Below are positions 63,679 to 64,000 of a stretch of DNA of 64,000 nucleotides, piece after piece. The position numbers and the translations under genes are program-made. Under the pieces are notes generated by a model. That model had not been told where the DNA came from. It searched no databases and saw nothing but the letters and a program-made list of their open reading frames with translations. The stretch is from Octopus vulgaris (taxonomy: Eukaryota). The stretch is from positions 1,984,001 through 2,048,000 of the forward strand of contig OX597818.1 of the NCBI GenBank assembly GCA_951406725.2, written 5' to 3'. Numbering within the stretch: the first letter of the stretch is position 1; every line of letters begins with the position of its first letter.

Positions 63679-64000
63679 TAATAAACTAACGAATTAGCCA
63701 ATTGGAAATAGCCAATGATTTAAATGACCGCTCCCTGACCCCCAATATAATTTTAAATATTTAATATGCATAAACATAAGCATAAACTTTTGGACTATAT
63801 TCAGCTTTGACATAGAGTTTGAAGTTGCTACTTTGGTTTTTAAAATTGAATTTGTTAGAATTACGTGGATGTATTAATTTTAATATGCATATAACGGAAA
63901 CGTAAACATTGCGAAAAGTTTGGATTTACTTTCTGGATTCTATAGTTGGATTTGTTCGCGTAACATGGATGTATTAAATAATATCTAGACAAATTTAATA

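Overview
AT-rich eukaryotic DNA made almost entirely of nested transposable elements and (TA)n/(CA)n/(TAA)n microsatellites. The SINE, RTE and CR1 families resemble those of coleoid cephalopods (Octopus-like); this is inference, not verified. No host protein-coding gene can be supported. Recognisable elements include RTE, CR1-group, R4/Dong and L1/Tx1 LINE copies, several Penelope-like elements (PLEs, one with an intact 764-aa RT+GIY-YIG ORF), a Gypsy element, a solo LTR, hAT and Tc1/mariner relics, non-autonomous Helitrons and tRNA-derived SINEs. Four things stand out. (1) A near-identical 480-bp tandem array (about 7.7 copies plus one inverted copy) carries a complete type-I hammerhead ribozyme in every unit (retrozyme-like); it sits in a TA tract whose empty paralog is in the same window. 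(2) A 24.2-kb segment is bounded by ~270-bp TIRs and a perfect 8-bp TSD, and it splits a dimeric SINE. (3) A Gypsy element is bounded by two outward-facing inverted 3' LTRs. (4) Many further PLE-associated hammerheads occur, including a U3:A8 compensatory variant and copies with expanded stem II. All structures were read by eye, so boundaries are approximate unless stated.
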